From the IMG/VR virus record IMGVR_UViG_3300021255_003103, positions 44,954 to 108,953 of that record: a stretch of 64,000 nt of DNA; one strand, 5' to 3'. The notes below the pieces were generated by a model, which saw nothing but the letters and a program-made list of their open reading frames with translations, did no database searches and was not told the DNA's origin. A program made the translations under genes and the position numbers. Of the stretch, positions 48,997-58,431 are shown one piece after another (position 1 is the stretch's first letter; every line of letters starts with the position of its first letter). This DNA is from a virus (taxonomy: Duplodnaviria > Heunggongvirae > Uroviricota > Caudoviricetes).

Positions 48997-50763
48997 TCAT
49001 TTTTTAAATATATATAAATATTCTTTATTATTATGTATAGTTCCACATGCTAGATGTTTTGATTTTTTATTATTAATTTCAAATGATTCAAAGCATTTTT
49101 CTTTATATTTATAATCTAATAAATCTTCTCTTATAACTAAACCAAATATCTTACAAGAATCTTTATAATAAAATACATTAAATAAATTATCTATAAAATT
49201 ATTATATTCTTCTTTATTTTCAAAACTTTTACATTCATATTCTTCAATATTATAATATGGGGGGCATGTAAATATTGCATCAAAGTCAATATTAGGAATA
49301 AAATTATTTGCATCATTATTATAAAATTGAACATTATTAAGATTTAAATCTTTAGAAATTCGTTTTACATTTTTATAAATATTTGGTGATAAATCATTAT
49401 ATATATACAATTCTAAATTTGTACTTCCTAATAATCTGTGTCCCCATCCACCGCATGGATCATAGCATTTTTTTATATTATATTTATTAATAAAATATTT
49501 AAATATAAGCGGATTAAAATGAGAATAACCATAATACATACCAGAATGTTTAAACCCTAAAAGTAAATCATTATTTGTTAATTTTTCTATTTGCTTATTT
49601 AAATATTTACATCTATTTGATATTAGACGTTCTTTTATATTATTATCTTGTATTAATTCATTTTCTTTTTTAAAAAATACATCTTGTTGATAATATTTTA
49701 CAATAAAATTATATGATGTTGAACCATTTAAGTTACCTTTCTTATTCTTATAATAATTATATTCATTTAATATTTTATCCCAATCAAAATAAATATATAG
49801 TGGTAAATTAATCCAATTATATAATTCATCATATGAATAAAATACAAGATAATTTAATTGATTTTCTTTTGCTGTATTTCTTTTATTTACATCTCTTATT
49901 GTCCAAGTATTAATTGCGTTGTTATAAAATTTAGTATTTTTTTCTTTCCATTTATTTAATTTATTTATATCATCTTTATTGTTTTCATTATAAGGATGAC
50001 CACCATGAGTCCAATGATAATTACATTCAATATATAAATCTAAACTTAGTATATAAAAATCACAAACAAAAGGATATTCTTTAGATTTATATTGAGCTGT
50101 AACATCTGGGTATTTTTCTTTCAATAATTTATATGATTCATTTTCAGGTTTAGACTTATTAAATGAATTATTTTTTTTCTTCGTATTGTAAGATTTTTCC
50201 TTAAATTCAATTGAATTAAAAAATAATATTGATTTATTAATAAATGCATTATATTGATCAATATTATTTTTTATTGTGTTCCATCTTTTAGAAATATTAT
50301 TTGATGATTTGTATTTATTGCATTTTGTTTTATTTTGACGTTCTAAAATTTCTTTACGTTGTGCTTGTTCCTCTACACCATATTTAAGTAAATTAGTTTG
50401 CTTTCTTTTATTAATATTATTATTAGATCCGTATTTGTCTATTTTTGTATTACATTGTTTATTATATACTTCTTTATCTTTTTGCTCACAAGATATTGAA
50501 CAATATGTATTATAACATGTATTTTCTTTATATCCAAGATTAAAATTAGTTAATTTTCCACATATTGGACATACTGGTCTAACTTGTATATCAAATAATA
50601 TGCGATATATTGATTCTTTAATATTGTTAGAATCATTAAATCTTAATAATAAATAGTTTCGTAAATTTTCAAATTTCTTGTTTCTAATTAATCTATTATA
50701 GTTTGATAAATTTAATCTATTATCATTAATAAATAAATTAATTATACAATTATCATAATCCAT
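48997..50763 (-). CDS. Vsr/DUF559-like endonuclease domain fused to an amino-(N6A/N4C) DNA methyltransferase; antisense insertion between the capsid and sheath genes
   Basis: The N-terminal ~330 aa are paralogous to 33163..34146 (Zn ribbon; CDFYILSLDLYIECNYHWTHGGHPYNEN; NAINTWTIRDV). The C-terminal half has MTase motif I DPCGGWGHRL and motif IV FTCPPY. It is the only long minus-strand gene in an otherwise plus-strand structural module. Confidence 0.6.
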   Translation of the reverse strand: MDYDNCIINLFINDNRLNLSNYNRLIRNKKFENLRNYLLLRFNDSNNIKESIYRILFDIQVRPVCPICGKLTNFNLGYKENTCYNTYCSISCEQKDKEVYNKQCNTKIDKYGSNNNINKRKQTNLLKYGVEEQAQRKEILERQNKTKCNKYKSSNNISKRWNTIKNNIDQYNAFINKSILFFNSIEFKEKSYNTKKKNNSFNKSKPENESYKLLKEKYPDVTAQYKSKEYPFVCDFYILSLDLYIECNYHWTHGGHPYNENNKDDINKLNKWKEKNTKFYNNAINTWTIRDVNKRNTAKENQLNYLVFYSYDELYNWINLPLYIYFDWDKILNEYNYYKNKKGNLNGSTSYNFIVKYYQQDVFFKKENELIQDNNIKERLISNRCKYLNKQIEKLTNNDLLLGFKHSGMYYGYSHFNPLIFKYFINKYNIKKCYDPCGGWGHRLLGSTNLELYIYNDLSPNIYKNVKRISKDLNLNNVQFYNNDANNFIPNIDFDAIFTCPPYYNIEEYECKSFENKEEYNNFIDNLFNVFYYKDSCKIFGLVIREDLLDYKYKEKCFESFEINNKKSKHLACGTIHNNKEYLYIFKK

Positions 50764-50934
50764 AATAAAACATTTATAGTTAAATATTAAATAGTAAGTT
50801 ATTAAAAATAATTTAATATTTGATTTTCAATTCAGTCTTAATTTTTTTATTTTTATTAAATTGTATCTATTAAGCATCATTTGCTTAAATGTAAATACAA
50901 TAGAATATAATAAATATAAAAAAGATAATATAAT

Positions 50935-53900
50935 ATGGCAATTCCAGTACATTTGCAGCAGTTTAAAGCTGCGGGTATTTACCGTGTAGTTTTTGATCAC
51001 TCAGCAATCTTAAACCAAGATACTCAGATGTTACGTTTAGTTGTTGGATATTCTGAAAAAGGTCCTTTTAATGTGCCTGTACTTGTTAAAGATCCATACG
51101 AGTTCAGATCTATCTTCGGTGATATATCTAAAAGACTTGAAAAACGTGGTATTTATTTCCATCGTTTAGCTTTACAAATGTTACAAGTAAGTCCAATCTT
51201 ATGTCTTAATCTCAAAAAGTTTGATGGTGAAACAGTTCAAGGTGCTACTATTAGCACAGACTTTAATCCAAAGTTTACTCCAATTGACACTGTAACACTT
51301 AATGTTGAAGACATTTACGATACAACTCGTTTCTGGACTCTTGATGCAGAAAAATTAAATGATTTACGTTCAGTTGAAGGTTCATTGTTAGATCAATATA
51401 TCAATATTTCAGCAACTAATGTAAAAGCAACATCTTGTACATATTTTATTCGTAAAGCTTCAGGTACAAAGGTTTCAGGCTATAATATTACAGTTAATGA
51501 CTGGTATTCAGATGAAGAAATGCCAGAATATATGGAACCTTATAAGAATAACTTGATTTCTGACTTCTTTGCAGAAATTTATGTGTTCAAAGGAAAATTT
51601 GAGGCTAAACAAGTTCTTGCTTCAAATACATTAAAAAACTATTTCATTGTTACAAATGAATTAGATGAAGATGGTAACCAAATACTTAAGCTTCGTGATA
51701 AAGTGATTAATGCTTTTGGTGAATCAGTAGATACACTTGATGCATTGTATAAAGATGAAACTTCTGGTGCTTTAGGACACTACATTGGTGCAATCATCCC
51801 ATACTTTAAGAATAAACAAGGTGCATATGCATGTCTTGATGTTGCATTCAATAGCGATATTGATACACATAACATGATGTTATCTTTCAATAAGGATTTA
51901 CTTGAAGAAGAAAATGCTGCTAATCTTGATCTTTCTGGTCGTATCAGAATTCCTTCACCAAAGAATCCTCTTAAAGCAAATAAATCTTTAAGTGTAGATA
52001 AAATATATAATGGTACTGCGTCAACATCTGTATTAGGTAATATAGCTGCTCCAGTTATTGCTGATGTAACTTCATTCTATACTAATGTATGGGATCCAGA
52101 AACAGAAACTCCATTACAAGATGTTTATGTAGGTAAGACACGTATTGCAGGTACTCTTTATGTTAAAGCAATTAAAGAAAATATCGAAGTTGAAGCAGGT
52201 ACAGCAGGTCAAATTGAATTAGCACAAGTTGGTTCAGACCAAACAATTACTATGACATTTAATACTACACAAAATGAATGGAAAGTTCGTGAAGTTGCTC
52301 GTAAGCTTGGTGTTGTATTTGATGAAGAAGGTAATGCTAAAAAAGGTATAGGTACATATTGGCCATCAGGAGATGCATTTATTGATGCAACAGATCCTCT
52401 TCGTGGTCCTCAAAAGGTTATTACTGCTCTTTCTCGTCTTGAGCATAAATCAGCAGATGGAACAGAATATACTGATATTGATGAAAACATTAAGCCTGCA
52501 TTAAAAGAAGTTGAAGTACTTACAAGAATTAAGTATGTTAATACAACTGCAGTTGGTGCTGATGCTGTTTATGGTTCTTCAGTTTCATTTATTGATTTCT
52601 GTGACGATAACTGGGAATATGTTGAAGATGCTGAAATTATTAAGGGTGTAAAACAAGCTGCTCTTATAGGTACAGCTCAATATGATACTTCATTACTTAA
52701 TATTCTCCAAAAGGGTGATTGTCTTCTTGCTGAAGATGGTATGATAGATGAAAACGAAAATGGAGAAGCAGATGATGAAAACGGTTATATTGATAATGTT
52801 AACGTTCAAGAATTTGGCACATTATACTATGAAGAAGGTGAAGAAGATATTCATGAAGAAAAAGATGAAAATGGAGATATAATATTACACCATGCAGGTG
52901 ATTTCAAATTCCATTATATTCTTATTTCTGCTGAACCTTGGTTATATGAAATTCTTGATGAAGAAACTGGTGCAACAATCAATCGTGCTTTAGTTCGTGT
53001 AGATGCTGCTCTTAATCAAGAAATCGGTACAATGGTTCCACAATATCTTCAAGGATATACATATAAGAATGATCGCCCACTTGGAACAGGAATGTATGCA
53101 AAAGTAAAATGGCAAGAATTTATTCTTTCTACAATTACTGATTATAAAGGACTTCGTACTGCATTACTTAATAAATCAGAAATTGATTATCGTTATGTAA
53201 TTGATACATTTGAATCATTCCCAGTATCAAATCTTAAGAATGTTCTTTCATACTTATGTAAAGAAAAGCAATCTGCGTTCTGTATTGCAAACTTCCCATC
53301 AGTTAAGAACTTTATTAAGTGTCCTTATACATCATTTACAGACTCTAAGGGTGTATTTAATGTAGAATATGTTGTTAAAGGTTTCAACAAGAAGAAGTCA
53401 GCTTCAATGATGTTTAGCTTACCATCAGAAAATGACGGTGCTTCATTTATTGCATTCTACACGCCTCTTAAGTTTACTGATGGATATCTTGATACATTAG
53501 TTCCTGCTGCAGGTCTTGTATCTAACTTATTCGTTAACAAGTATATTTCACGTCAACCATATTACATTGTAGCTGGTCCTAACTATGGAGCTATTACTGC
53601 ATCTGGTCTTGTTGGTCCTGATTATAAATACTCAATGGATGAATTACAAATTATTGAACCATTTGGTGTAAATGTTATGGTATATCGTCCAAACTTTGGT
53701 ACATTTATTAATGCTAACCAAACAGCTAAGCAAACTCCAGTTTCAGCTCTTTCTAAAGTTAATGTACGTGAACTTGTTATTTACTTACAAGATGAAATTG
53801 AAAAGGTTCTTCAAGCATATCAATGGGAATTCAATAATCAACGTACACGTAATGCTATACTTGATAGAGCTAATCAAATATGTTCAATAATTGCAGCTAA

Positions 53901-54078
53901 TGGTGGTATTCAAGCTTATAAGAATATTATGGATGAATCTAATAATACACCAGACATTATTGATAATGAAATGGCTGTTATTACAACTCATATTGAACCT
54001 GGCATGGGATGTGGTAAGATGGTACAAGAACTTCATATTTGGAGAACTGGTCAAATGAATGCAAATATTTCAGATTAA
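50935..54078 (+). CDS. Contractile tail sheath protein (1047 aa)
   Basis: The N-terminal region aligns with the T4 gp18 sheath: GYSEKGPFNVPVLVKDPYEFRSIFG vs GKFQWGPAFQIKQVTNEVDLVNTFG; YFHRLALQMLQVSPILCLNL vs YFMSAMNFLQYGNDLRVVRA. A small tube-like gene follows. Confidence 0.7.
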   Translation: MAIPVHLQQFKAAGIYRVVFDHSAILNQDTQMLRLVVGYSEKGPFNVPVLVKDPYEFRSIFGDISKRLEKRGIYFHRLALQMLQVSPILCLNLKKFDGETVQGATISTDFNPKFTPIDTVTLNVEDIYDTTRFWTLDAEKLNDLRSVEGSLLDQYINISATNVKATSCTYFIRKASGTKVSGYNITVNDWYSDEEMPEYMEPYKNNLISDFFAEIYVFKGKFEAKQVLASNTLKNYFIVTNELDEDGNQILKLRDKVINAFGESVDTLDALYKDETSGALGHYIGAIIPYFKNKQGAYACLDVAFNSDIDTHNMMLSFNKDLLEEENAANLDLSGRIRIPSPKNPLKANKSLSVDKIYNGTASTSVLGNIAAPVIADVTSFYTNVWDPETETPLQDVYVGKTRIAGTLYVKAIKENIEVEAGTAGQIELAQVGSDQTITMTFNTTQNEWKVREVARKLGVVFDEEGNAKKGIGTYWPSGDAFIDATDPLRGPQKVITALSRLEHKSADGTEYTDIDENIKPALKEVEVLTRIKYVNTTAVGADAVYGSSVSFIDFCDDNWEYVEDAEIIKGVKQAALIGTAQYDTSLLNILQKGDCLLAEDGMIDENENGEADDENGYIDNVNVQEFGTLYYEEGEEDIHEEKDENGDIILHHAGDFKFHYILISAEPWLYEILDEETGATINRALVRVDAALNQEIGTMVPQYLQGYTYKNDRPLGTGMYAKVKWQEFILSTITDYKGLRTALLNKSEIDYRYVIDTFESFPVSNLKNVLSYLCKEKQSAFCIANFPSVKNFIKCPYTSFTDSKGVFNVEYVVKGFNKKKSASMMFSLPSENDGASFIAFYTPLKFTDGYLDTLVPAAGLVSNLFVNKYISRQPYYIVAGPNYGAITASGLVGPDYKYSMDELQIIEPFGVNVMVYRPNFGTFINANQTAKQTPVSALSKVNVRELVIYLQDEIEKVLQAYQWEFNNQRTRNAILDRANQICSIIAANGGIQAYKNIMDESNNTPDIIDNEMAVITTHIEPGMGCGKMVQELHIWRTGQMNANISD

Positions 54079-54094
54079 GTATATTATTAAATAA

Positions 54095-54120
54095 AGGATG
54101 GTCTTCGGACCATCCTTACA
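54095..54120 (+). terminator. Hairpin (ggatggtc-ttcg-gaccatcc) without a strong T-run; possible attenuator between sheath and tube
   Basis: Perfect 8-bp stem with UUCG loop followed by TTACAT. Confidence 0.45.
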
Positions 54121-54165
54121 TAAAGAAGAAACGTTTTAAAAAATATATATTCATGAATATAGTTT

Positions 54166-54750
54166 ATGCCTAATAATTTAACACACTTACCTCATATATT
54201 GAATGTTGAATCAGGTCGTATGAAATATGATCCAGTGCACAAATCAATATTTGAAGTATATTTTACATTGCCAGCAGCTATTCAGAGTCAGTTCAAAACA
54301 GAAGAATTATTACTTACAGAACAAGTAACAAATGTAGCAGGTCTTGATGTACTTCAAAAGACTACTGATGTTGGAGAACAAAAGTTTTATGGAGTTACTG
54401 TTTCTTATTTGAATCCTGTTCTTGATACAACTGCTGCAGATATTACAATTACATTTAACCTTAACTTACGTAATGTAACAGATAACTTTGTATTGAAAGT
54501 ATTCCGTGCTTGGGAAAATATTTCATATAATCTTGCAGATGGTACACGTTCAATTAAAACAGGTTATATTACAGATAACTTACGTATAGCTGAAGCAACT
54601 CGTAATGGTGATATCTGGAGATCATATATCTTCCATCACGTAATGCTTAGAAGTGTTACTAATATTGACGATTTGGACATTAATGCTAATGACGCACGTC
54701 AATTACAATGTCAATTCCGTTGCGATTATTGGGAAGATGAATTATCATAA
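54166..54750 (+). CDS. Tail tube protein (194 aa), inferred
   Basis: Position immediately downstream of the sheath gene and its size, as for T4 gp19; no strong motif. Confidence 0.5.
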   Translation: MPNNLTHLPHILNVESGRMKYDPVHKSIFEVYFTLPAAIQSQFKTEELLLTEQVTNVAGLDVLQKTTDVGEQKFYGVTVSYLNPVLDTTAADITITFNLNLRNVTDNFVLKVFRAWENISYNLADGTRSIKTGYITDNLRIAEATRNGDIWRSYIFHHVMLRSVTNIDDLDINANDARQLQCQFRCDYWEDELS

Positions 54751-54773
54751 GACAATTTATCATATACAAAATA

Positions 54774-54803
54774 AAAAGGAACTCTTAAGAGTTCCTTTTT
54801 TAG
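54774..54803. terminator. Bidirectional intrinsic terminator (aaaaaggaactctt-aagagttcctttttt)
   Basis: Perfect palindrome flanked by A-run and T-run, between convergent genes. Confidence 0.8.
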
Positions 54804-55159
54804 TTTTCAAATATATCGTCTGTTATTTTTGTTTTTGTACCTTGATATTCCACAAATACTTTAAATATTCCTAAATATTCATTTACATCCATATTATATA
54901 AAACATCATTATTTGTTAATTCAATATTTTCTAATTTATCTAACACTGTACATGGTTTATTAGCATTTTTAGGAACAACTAATACATATGATTTATTGCA
55001 TTTATATGTTATAGGAAATTTATCATTAATAATTGATTCTATTTGATATATAAAATACATTTTATTTTCTGTGTCTTCTCTTTTCATATATATATATTTA
55101 TGTATCATATCTGTCCCTCCATATACATTAACTTTTACATTATTAAAAATTTTATTCAT
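54800..55159 (-). CDS. Hypothetical protein (119 aa)
   Basis: ATG ORF convergent with the tail tube gene; ends at the bidirectional terminator. Confidence 0.45.
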   Translation of the reverse strand: MNKIFNNVKVNVYGGTDMIHKYIYMKREDTENKMYFIYQIESIINDKFPITYKCNKSYVLVVPKNANKPCTVLDKLENIELTNNDVLYNMDVNEYLGIFKVFVEYQGTKTKITDDIFEN

Positions 55160-55208
55160 GTTTAACTATTTTAAATTTATAAATTTAATAAATAATAAAC
55201 AAAATATT

Positions 55209-56030
55209 ATGGCAAAGAAACAATTGACAGTTAAAGAAAAAAAAGAAAGAAAATTACAAAAATTAATGAAAGTGTATGATAATGTAAATGATGAATTACA
55301 TATATCGGGTAAATCAGTAAATGAGCAAATTCATATACTTGTAAATAGATGCTTAGCATTACAATTAGAAATTTGTCAGACATCAGATTCTATTAAGATT
55401 GATGACTTATTAAAAGTTCAAGATATTACAGATATTGATAAGAAGACATATTTGGATTTTGTAAATATATGCGCACTAAAATCAAATGATAAATTAAAAG
55501 AAAAAGCAATTGCAAAATTTGAATCTGATTTTGAAAGTCGTTTATTCATATCAAATTTAAGACATTCATTTTTGGAGTCATATATGTCTGGGTATGATTT
55601 GAAAATTACTGATGAAAGTAATCAAGAATATAAACCATTTGCTGATTATAAATCTGAAGAATTTGAACATATAATGGAAGATTCTGCAAAGAAACGTGAA
55701 TATATTAATAAAGTACTTTATGGGCAATATAAAAAATATGCTAAGGCTGCAGAATATATTACTAAACTTGAATTAAATTATGGAAATTTCAAACAATTAG
55801 TTGACTGGGAATATTATAAAAATGGAGGATATCCAACTCCATCTACACCTGCTAAACTTTGGTCTATATTTAATAGATATAATGAAGCAATAAGATTAAT
55901 GACTAAATATGAATTTACTCAGCAAAATGATCTCAACAAAGAATTCGGATTAGATATTAAATTAAATACACCTGTTCCTGTTAAACATCCTTGGATGATT
56001 AATGAAGAACCAGAAATTGATGAAGAATAA
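55209..56030 (+). CDS. Hypothetical protein (~273 aa; MAKKQLTVKEKK...)
   Basis: The ORF track begins at 55071 (non-ATG), overlapping the divergent gene. The first ATG, at 55209, follows an AT-rich promoter-like spacer. Confidence 0.45.
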   Translation: MAKKQLTVKEKKERKLQKLMKVYDNVNDELHISGKSVNEQIHILVNRCLALQLEICQTSDSIKIDDLLKVQDITDIDKKTYLDFVNICALKSNDKLKEKAIAKFESDFESRLFISNLRHSFLESYMSGYDLKITDESNQEYKPFADYKSEEFEHIMEDSAKKREYINKVLYGQYKKYAKAAEYITKLELNYGNFKQLVDWEYYKNGGYPTPSTPAKLWSIFNRYNEAIRLMTKYEFTQQNDLNKEFGLDIKLNTPVPVKHPWMINEEPEIDEE

Positions 56031-56032
56031 TT

Positions 56033-56208
56033 ATGACTATATTTTTAGTTGGTAGTTGTAGTTTTACAGCGGCAAATTTAGATCCTAAAAGATTAAATAG
56101 TCAAATACAAGAATGTGGATGGTTAATCAATATGGTTGAAGGTATAGGCAAATGGAAAAATCATCCATGTAATTTTATGTACAAAGATCATATTGATTGG
56201 GTGAACTA
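56033..56208 (+). pseudogene. Putative 5' fragment of a gene interrupted by the IS200/IS605 element (MTIFLVGSCSFTAANLDPKRLNSQIQECGW...KDHIDW...)
   Basis: 58-codon ATG ORF ending a few nt inside the IS end. The same frame reopens, with no start codon, exactly at the other IS boundary (58022). Confidence 0.35.
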
Positions 56209-57474
56209 ACACAACGCTAAAGACGTTGTATCTTCCTGCTCAGCAAATTTACTTATAAATTTATTATAAGAAATTTTTACAGGCCCTTTTATACTTGTAT
56301 GATTAGTTCCTAACCTATCAAGTTTATCATATATAAGATAGAAATATATCATGTTATTTGCTGCATGTATGTCTCTATCTTCTTTTGTTTTACATTTAGG
56401 ACATTCAAATATTCTATCTTTTAATTCTAATTCAACTTTAGATCCACATTTATTACAATATTTTGTCGTTGGAAACCATTTGTCTAGTATAACTGTTCTA
56501 TCGCACATACTTAATTTGTACTTTATTCTACCTAATATAGAATGCTGTATTTTAGATCCACTCATTCCATCTTGTCTCCATTCACTTATTTGCTCATCTT
56601 GTATTACTATTGTTTTATTATCATTTAAAATTGAATGAACTATTTTATTTGATATGTCATTTTTCTTGTTATTTATATGGATATACTCTTTTCTGATTTT
56701 CTTAATAGTCTTATATCTGTTGTTTGAGCCTTTTATTTGTTTACTAAGCTTAGCTTGTAATCTTTTAAGTTTCTCACTTTCTTCAATAGATATGTCATAT
56801 TTGATGCCATCAGATAAAGTCAAACTTGTAGACACACCCATATCTATGCCTACTATGTTATTTTTATATTGTTTATTTTTATCTTTATTTATATAACAAG
56901 TTAAACTAATATAATAATCATTTCCATCATATAATAGTTTTGCATTTGCATAATCTATGTTATCGTATTTGTTTAATTGCTTAATCCCGTTAACACGAAT
57001 AAGTTTTTTTATTCCTTGTATTTTAAACTTATTTCCTCTTATGCTATGCGTATTATTATATTGTTTTAATTCAATACAATTAAATTCTGATTTATATTTT
57101 AATTTGCCAACATCATATCCTTTTTTCTTTAATGCAGATAAACCTTTTATTTGGTTTACAATTTGTTTTATTATTCCTTGTTTTAATGCTGAACTAATAT
57201 AAGATATATTTACTTGTATATCATTTCCATACTTATCTTTATGCGTTATTGTGTTTAAATCTTTATAGTCAAAATTAAATACATCTTTATCTAAAAGATA
57301 ATTATATATCCACTTAGCCTCAACAAACTGCATTTTTATCTGTTCGTTTTGCTGTTTAGATAAACTAGATTTATCAACTTTAAACTTAAAGCACTTGCAT
57401 ATCTGAGACTTACGTTTATCATAAGTCTCTCTCATAGTCTGTGCTATATGTTTATTTTTTTCTAATCTATCCAT
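56206..57474 (-). CDS. tnpB: TnpB (IS605 OrfB-family RNA-guided nuclease-like; RuvC-like + Zn ribbon)
   Basis: C-terminal CNKCGSKVE...CPKCKTKEDRDIHAANNM (Zn ribbon plus RuvC-III DxxAAxN) and the central GIDMGVS (RuvC-I). Divergent from tnpA. Confidence 0.75.
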   Translation of the reverse strand: MDRLEKNKHIAQTMRETYDKRKSQICKCFKFKVDKSSLSKQQNEQIKMQFVEAKWIYNYLLDKDVFNFDYKDLNTITHKDKYGNDIQVNISYISSALKQGIIKQIVNQIKGLSALKKKGYDVGKLKYKSEFNCIELKQYNNTHSIRGNKFKIQGIKKLIRVNGIKQLNKYDNIDYANAKLLYDGNDYYISLTCYINKDKNKQYKNNIVGIDMGVSTSLTLSDGIKYDISIEESEKLKRLQAKLSKQIKGSNNRYKTIKKIRKEYIHINNKKNDISNKIVHSILNDNKTIVIQDEQISEWRQDGMSGSKIQHSILGRIKYKLSMCDRTVILDKWFPTTKYCNKCGSKVELELKDRIFECPKCKTKEDRDIHAANNMIYFYLIYDKLDRLGTNHTSIKGPVKISYNKFISKFAEQEDTTSLALC

Positions 57475-57531
57475 TTAATTAATAATAAAATATTATTTTT
57501 AATAAAGTACAAATAATTTTATTTTTTTACT

Positions 57532-57951
57532 ATGGAATTTGAAGATAATAGTAGAACTAGAAATCATTATAAAGGTGATTTAAATTATCATATAATATTT
57601 TCTACTAAATTTAGAAGAAAATGCTTGTCTAATATAGAAAATGAATTATATGATGCATTTAGATATTGTGAATCTAAATCACATTTTAATATTAAAACAA
57701 TGAAACAGGATAAGGATCACATACATTTATTAGTTAATATAAAACCAACATATAGTTTAGGGCAAACTATAAATAGAATGAAACAGATGACAACAAACTA
57801 TTTATATAGAAATGACAAGACTAGAACGTGGCTTAGAAATTTTTACTGGGCTAAACGACTAACATTATGGACACATGGATATTTTGCATCAACTATAGGA
57901 CATGTAAGTGAAGATATAGTATGGAATTATATTGAAAACCAAGGAAAATAA
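57532..57951 (+). CDS. tnpA: IS200-like Y1 (HuH) transposase TnpA
   Basis: HuH motif DHIHLLVNI and catalytic-Tyr region HGYFASTIG; 139 aa. Confidence 0.75.
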   Translation: MEFEDNSRTRNHYKGDLNYHIIFSTKFRRKCLSNIENELYDAFRYCESKSHFNIKTMKQDKDHIHLLVNIKPTYSLGQTINRMKQMTTNYLYRNDKTRTWLRNFYWAKRLTLWTHGYFASTIGHVSEDIVWNYIENQGK

Positions 57952-58021
57952 TATTATTTTAAATTAAAAAATAAGTCAATTCATATACAACACTAAAGAT
58001 GCTGTATCTTTCTGGACTTGA

Positions 58022-58306
58022 TTTGTAAAGAAATATAGAGATTGCCTTGTTGCATATAAAAACAAAGATTATGATAAATGTTTAGAATTATCTGATGAAG
58101 CTGAAAAGATAAAGCCAAGTTTTATATGCGATGAATTATTTATTAATTTCAAAAAACGATTATATGAAAAAGATCCAATTATATATGATAGGTGGTCTCA
58201 TTTAGGTGGTACAACTGCTAATTATTATTTTGTCGATGGTAATTGGTGGAAGTATGAAAATGGTAAAAAAGAAATAGTTGATAAAATACATATAACTTAT
58301 AAATAA
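58022..58306 (+). pseudogene. Putative 3' fragment of the IS-interrupted gene (FVKKYRDCLVAYKNKDYDKC...GNWWKYENGKKEIVDKIHITYK)
   Basis: 94 sense codons with no Met. The frame opens immediately after a TGA that coincides with the IS right boundary, in the same frame (mod 3) as the 56033 fragment. Confidence 0.35.
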
Positions 58307-58307
58307 A

Positions 58308-58381
58308 GTTCCTCTAGCATCATTGGTTAAATCCTATAATATAATTTTATTATTTTATATTATAATGATGCTAGAGGAACA
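58308..58381. repeat. Long inverted repeat (17-bp arms agttcctctagcatcatt / aatgatgctagaggaac) with ~39-nt AT-rich spacer
   Basis: Perfect 17-bp complementary arms between convergent genes. Confidence 0.6.
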
Positions 58382-58431
58382 TTCTACTATATTCTAGACG
58401 ATAATAATATAGTTAATTAATTGTTAAAAAA

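Larger units (their letters stand above)
56198..58021 (+). mobile_element. IS200/IS605-family insertion sequence (divergent tnpB and tnpA) with imperfect subterminal hairpins at both ends
   Basis: Both ends carry the same motif in the same orientation: left acaacgctaaagacgttgtatcttcctg (~56212-56239), right acaacactaaagatgctgtatctttctg (~57987-58014). Each forms a 6-7-bp hairpin. The element is bracketed by the two halves of a split ORF. No inverted terminal repeats, as expected for this family. Confidence 0.65.

Noticed and set aside
54653-54874. ORF 54653..54874(+) spanning the tail-tube 3' end and the bidirectional terminator
   Set aside because: It reads through a perfect palindromic terminator and overlaps two better-supported genes.
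56351-57202. Plus-strand ORFs (56351..56638, 56654..56896, 56957..57202) opposite tnpB
   Set aside because: They are antisense to a well-supported TnpB ORF, with low-complexity hydrophobic translations.
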